DNA of 64,000 nucleotides from Corallococcus silvisoli (GTDB lineage Bacteria; Myxococcota; Myxococcia; Myxococcales; Myxococcaceae): NCBI RefSeq assembly GCF_009909145.1, contig NZ_JAAAPJ010000005.1, positions 336,470 to 400,469 of the forward strand, read 5' to 3'. Shown piece by piece: positions 61,607 to 64,000 of this stretch (position 1 is its first letter; each line of letters starts with the position of its first letter). The notes under the pieces were generated by a model. It saw only the letters and a program-made list of their open reading frames with translations, ran no database searches and was not told where the DNA came from. The position numbers and the translations under genes were made by a program.

Positions 61607-63993
61607 GGTGTCTCCTCCGCGACCCCGGAGGCCTGACCGACGCCCTGCGCGTCGCCCAGCCCGTAGAGGCCCTGCAGGCGGTCCTTCCATTCCCGAACCT
61701 GGGCGGCGCGGGGGCCCACGCCCGAGGCCAGGTAGCGGCGCCAGGCGTCCACGGCCTCGGCGGGTTCGTGGCGGCGGTCCTGCGCGTCGATGCCAAGGTT
61801 GAGCGCGGCGATGGGGACGGCCGTCTCCAGGCGCTTCCACGCCGTCAGCGCCGCCGCCGTCTCGCCCTGGCGCCAGTCCACGCAGGCCAGGTTGTGCTGC
61901 ACGAGCGCGTCGTCGGGCGTGGCGGCCAGCGCGGCCTTCAGCGCCTTCTCCGACGCCTTCATGTTGCCGGAGGCGTACGCGAGCGCCGCCTCGCGCCGGA
62001 GCAGCGCGCCGGTGAGGTTGCCCATCCAGCGGGGCTGCCCGGGCATGGGCTTCTTCTGGGCGGTGGTGAGCAGCTTGCGCGAGGGCGCCACCTTCCCCTG
62101 GCGGTACAGCACCCACGCGTCCGCGAGCGGGCGCGTGTTGGGCCACGCCCACTCCGGGGTCGGCGTGAGCGCGCGCTTGGTGCCGGCGGTGGCGTCCGCG
62201 AACTTGCCCTCCTCCGCGCGCGTGAGCGCCCGGGCGAAGGTGGCCAGCTTCGCCAGGTCCGCGCGCTTGCCGGTGCCCAGGCGGTCCACCGCGTCCAGGT
62301 CCCGGTTCGCCGAGGCCGCGTCGCCGACCTCCAGCTTCGCCAGGGCCCGGCGCACCAGCACGCGCGGCAGGTTCGCCTCCGCCACCTTCGCCGCCGTCTT
62401 GGAGGGCCCCGCGTCCGTCAGCCGCTGCACGGCGGCGTCCACCTGGCCCAGCTCCACCTCCGCGAGCGCGGCACCCGCGGAGGCCTCCGCGCGCTGATCC
62501 GGCTCCTGCGTGGCCTCACCGGACTGGGTGAAGGCGGCGAGCGCGGCCTGCGCGTCCCCGCCGCCCAGCCGGGCGTAGCCCAGGAGCAGGTGCTCGCGCC
62601 AGGTCGCGCCCGGCAGCGTCACCGCGCCCTCCATCACCTTGCGAGCCTCCGCGAACTGGTGGCTGTCCAGGAGCGCCGCGCCCAGCCGGCGGGCCATGGC
62701 CACGGAGCGATCCAGGTCGTACGCGCGGCGCAGGTCGCGCACGGCGTCGTCCAGGCGCTGCGTGCCCGCGCGGTCGCGCGCGCGGTGCGCCAGCGCTCGG
62801 GCCAGCCACTGGCTCGCGCCGGGGTGGCCGGGTTCGACCTGGAGCGCGCTGCTGTAGTCCTCGATGGCCTGGTCCCACTGGCCGGTGGCGAAGTGGTCCG
62901 CCCCCAGCAGCATCCAGCCCAGCGCCTGGCGCGGCGCCATCTCCACCACGCGCCGGTGCACCTCCACCGCGCGCTGATAGCGGCCGGCGCGGCGGTTGAC
63001 GGAGCCCAGCGTCGCCCACAGCTCCAGGCTGCCTCCGCCCGACTTCACCGCCGCCTCCAGGAACTGGATGGCCTCCTCGTGGCGGGCCTGCGCCTGGAGC
63101 GCCTTGCCCACGGCGATCTGCCCCATCAACAGGCCCGGCTGCAGCTCCAGCACCTTGCGGAACTCGGCCTCGGCCTGCGCGGGCTGCTTCTGCGCGAGCC
63201 GCACGTCGCCCAGCAAGAGGTGCGCGGCGGGCGTGGCGCCCAGGTTCACCAGCGCCAGCGCCTGGGCCTCCGCGCGGGGCACGTCCCCCGCGGACAGGTA
63301 CAGCCGCGCGAGGCGCTCCTTCGGCTCCGCCACCTGCGGGAACTTCGTCACCAGCCGCTCCAGCAGCGTGCGGGCCTCCGGGACGCGGCCCTCCAGCTCC
63401 AGCACCGCGGCGAGGCCGATCTGCGCGGTGGCGGACTCCGCCCTCCCCGCCTGGGCCTTCTCGAACGCGGCGCGCGCGGCGGGCGCGTCCCGGCGCAGCA
63501 GGTGCGCCTTGCCCAGCAGCTCGAGGATCTGGAAGTCATTGCCCGCGAGCTTCTCCGGGCGCAGCGACAGGTAGCGCTGGAGCCGCGCCACCGCGCGGTT
63601 CCCGTCCTGCACGTACAGGTAATAGCTGGCCAGGTAGTAGTGGACGATGAGGTGGTCCGGCTGATCCGCGGCGGCCACCTGCTCCAGGAGCGGCACGGCC
63701 TCCTGGAAGCGGCGCAGCTTGAAGTACGCCGTGCCCAGCGGGTACGCGAGCGACAGCTCCGCGCGGTTGCGCTCGAACACCGGCTGGAGGCGCGCGGCCG
63801 TGCGCTGGAAGTCCTGGAGCGCGTTGGCGGCGCTGCCCAGGCCCGCGGCGGCCGTGATGGACTGCGGCTCCTGCGTGAGGGCCTGCTCGAAGAGCTGGAG
63901 CGCCTTCTTGAACTTCTCCTCCGCCTCCTTCTTGTCGCCCTTGGACGCGGCGGCGTTGGCGGACACGAGCGCCTGCTCTCCCTGCTCCGTCAT
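61603..63993 (-). CDS. TPR-repeat protein (796 aa)
   Basis: More than 15 tandem 34-aa TPR-like helical repeats (W-LG-Y...A...F...A...P motifs). ATG at 63993. Confidence 0.75.
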   Translation of the reverse strand: MTEQGEQALVSANAAASKGDKKEAEEKFKKALQLFEQALTQEPQSITAAAGLGSAANALQDFQRTAARLQPVFERNRAELSLAYPLGTAYFKLRRFQEAVPLLEQVAAADQPDHLIVHYYLASYYLYVQDGNRAVARLQRYLSLRPEKLAGNDFQILELLGKAHLLRRDAPAARAAFEKAQAGRAESATAQIGLAAVLELEGRVPEARTLLERLVTKFPQVAEPKERLARLYLSAGDVPRAEAQALALVNLGATPAAHLLLGDVRLAQKQPAQAEAEFRKVLELQPGLLMGQIAVGKALQAQARHEEAIQFLEAAVKSGGGSLELWATLGSVNRRAGRYQRAVEVHRRVVEMAPRQALGWMLLGADHFATGQWDQAIEDYSSALQVEPGHPGASQWLARALAHRARDRAGTQRLDDAVRDLRRAYDLDRSVAMARRLGAALLDSHQFAEARKVMEGAVTLPGATWREHLLLGYARLGGGDAQAALAAFTQSGEATQEPDQRAEASAGAALAEVELGQVDAAVQRLTDAGPSKTAAKVAEANLPRVLVRRALAKLEVGDAASANRDLDAVDRLGTGKRADLAKLATFARALTRAEEGKFADATAGTKRALTPTPEWAWPNTRPLADAWVLYRQGKVAPSRKLLTTAQKKPMPGQPRWMGNLTGALLRREAALAYASGNMKASEKALKAALAATPDDALVQHNLACVDWRQGETAAALTAWKRLETAVPIAALNLGIDAQDRRHEPAEAVDAWRRYLASGVGPRAAQVREWKDRLQGLYGLGDAQGVGQASGVAEETP

Positions 63994-64000
63994 GCGCTGG

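Overview
This is a high-GC (about 70%) chromosomal window that looks Myxococcales-like (Myxococcus/Corallococcus type). Supporting signs are Pro/Ala/Gly-rich low-complexity linkers, Cys-rich repeats of the Myxococcus type, many lipoproteins, sigma-54 enhancer-binding proteins, Hanks-type kinases and paired DUF4139 proteins. Coding density is high and runs of genes sit on a single strand.

Features I can support from the sequence:
- Secreted and housekeeping genes: a secreted 5'-nucleotidase, an alkyltransferase-like (ATL) DNA-repair protein, an M15 peptidase, a discoidin/Cys-repeat lipoprotein and a sigma-54 activator.
- An Old Yellow Enzyme, peptide deformylase (def), MenA, a lytic transglycosylase, an M28 peptidase and a DUF47/PiT phosphate transporter pair.
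- A tandem-cyclase AAA-TPR regulator, a LOG-family protein, a TonB-dependent receptor, a PhnD-like binding protein and a TPR protein.
- Three separate membrane fatty-acid desaturases and a c-type multihaem cytochrome cluster.
- A B12-binding radical-SAM enzyme next to a large polytopic membrane protein, and a haem-oxygenase-like iron enzyme.

The most unusual locus is a tightly packed, probably sigma-54-driven six-gene operon on the minus strand (6686..13463). It encodes:
- a small protein with a strongly acidic N-terminal segment followed by Lys/Gly-rich amphipathic GxxxG-type repeats (antimicrobial-peptide-like or lipid-binding-like);
- a 447-aa HExxH protein;
- a 618-aa protein of no recognisable family;
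- a BioF/CqsA-type alpha-oxoamine-synthase PLP enzyme;
- a Pro/Gly-rich protein with a GIY-YIG-like C-terminus;
- an amidohydrolase.
None of the unnamed members matches a family I recognise. The operon sits beside a sigma-54 activator and is divergent from two DUF4139 paralogs.

A second notable module is an RsbW-like HATPase gene immediately upstream of a STAS domain fused to a Hanks Ser/Thr kinase, which reads as a partner-switching module hard-wired to a eukaryotic-like kinase.

Many long ORFs in the six-frame track are GC-driven antisense or alternative-frame artefacts and are rejected. Coordinates of motifs located by eye may be off by 1-2 nt.
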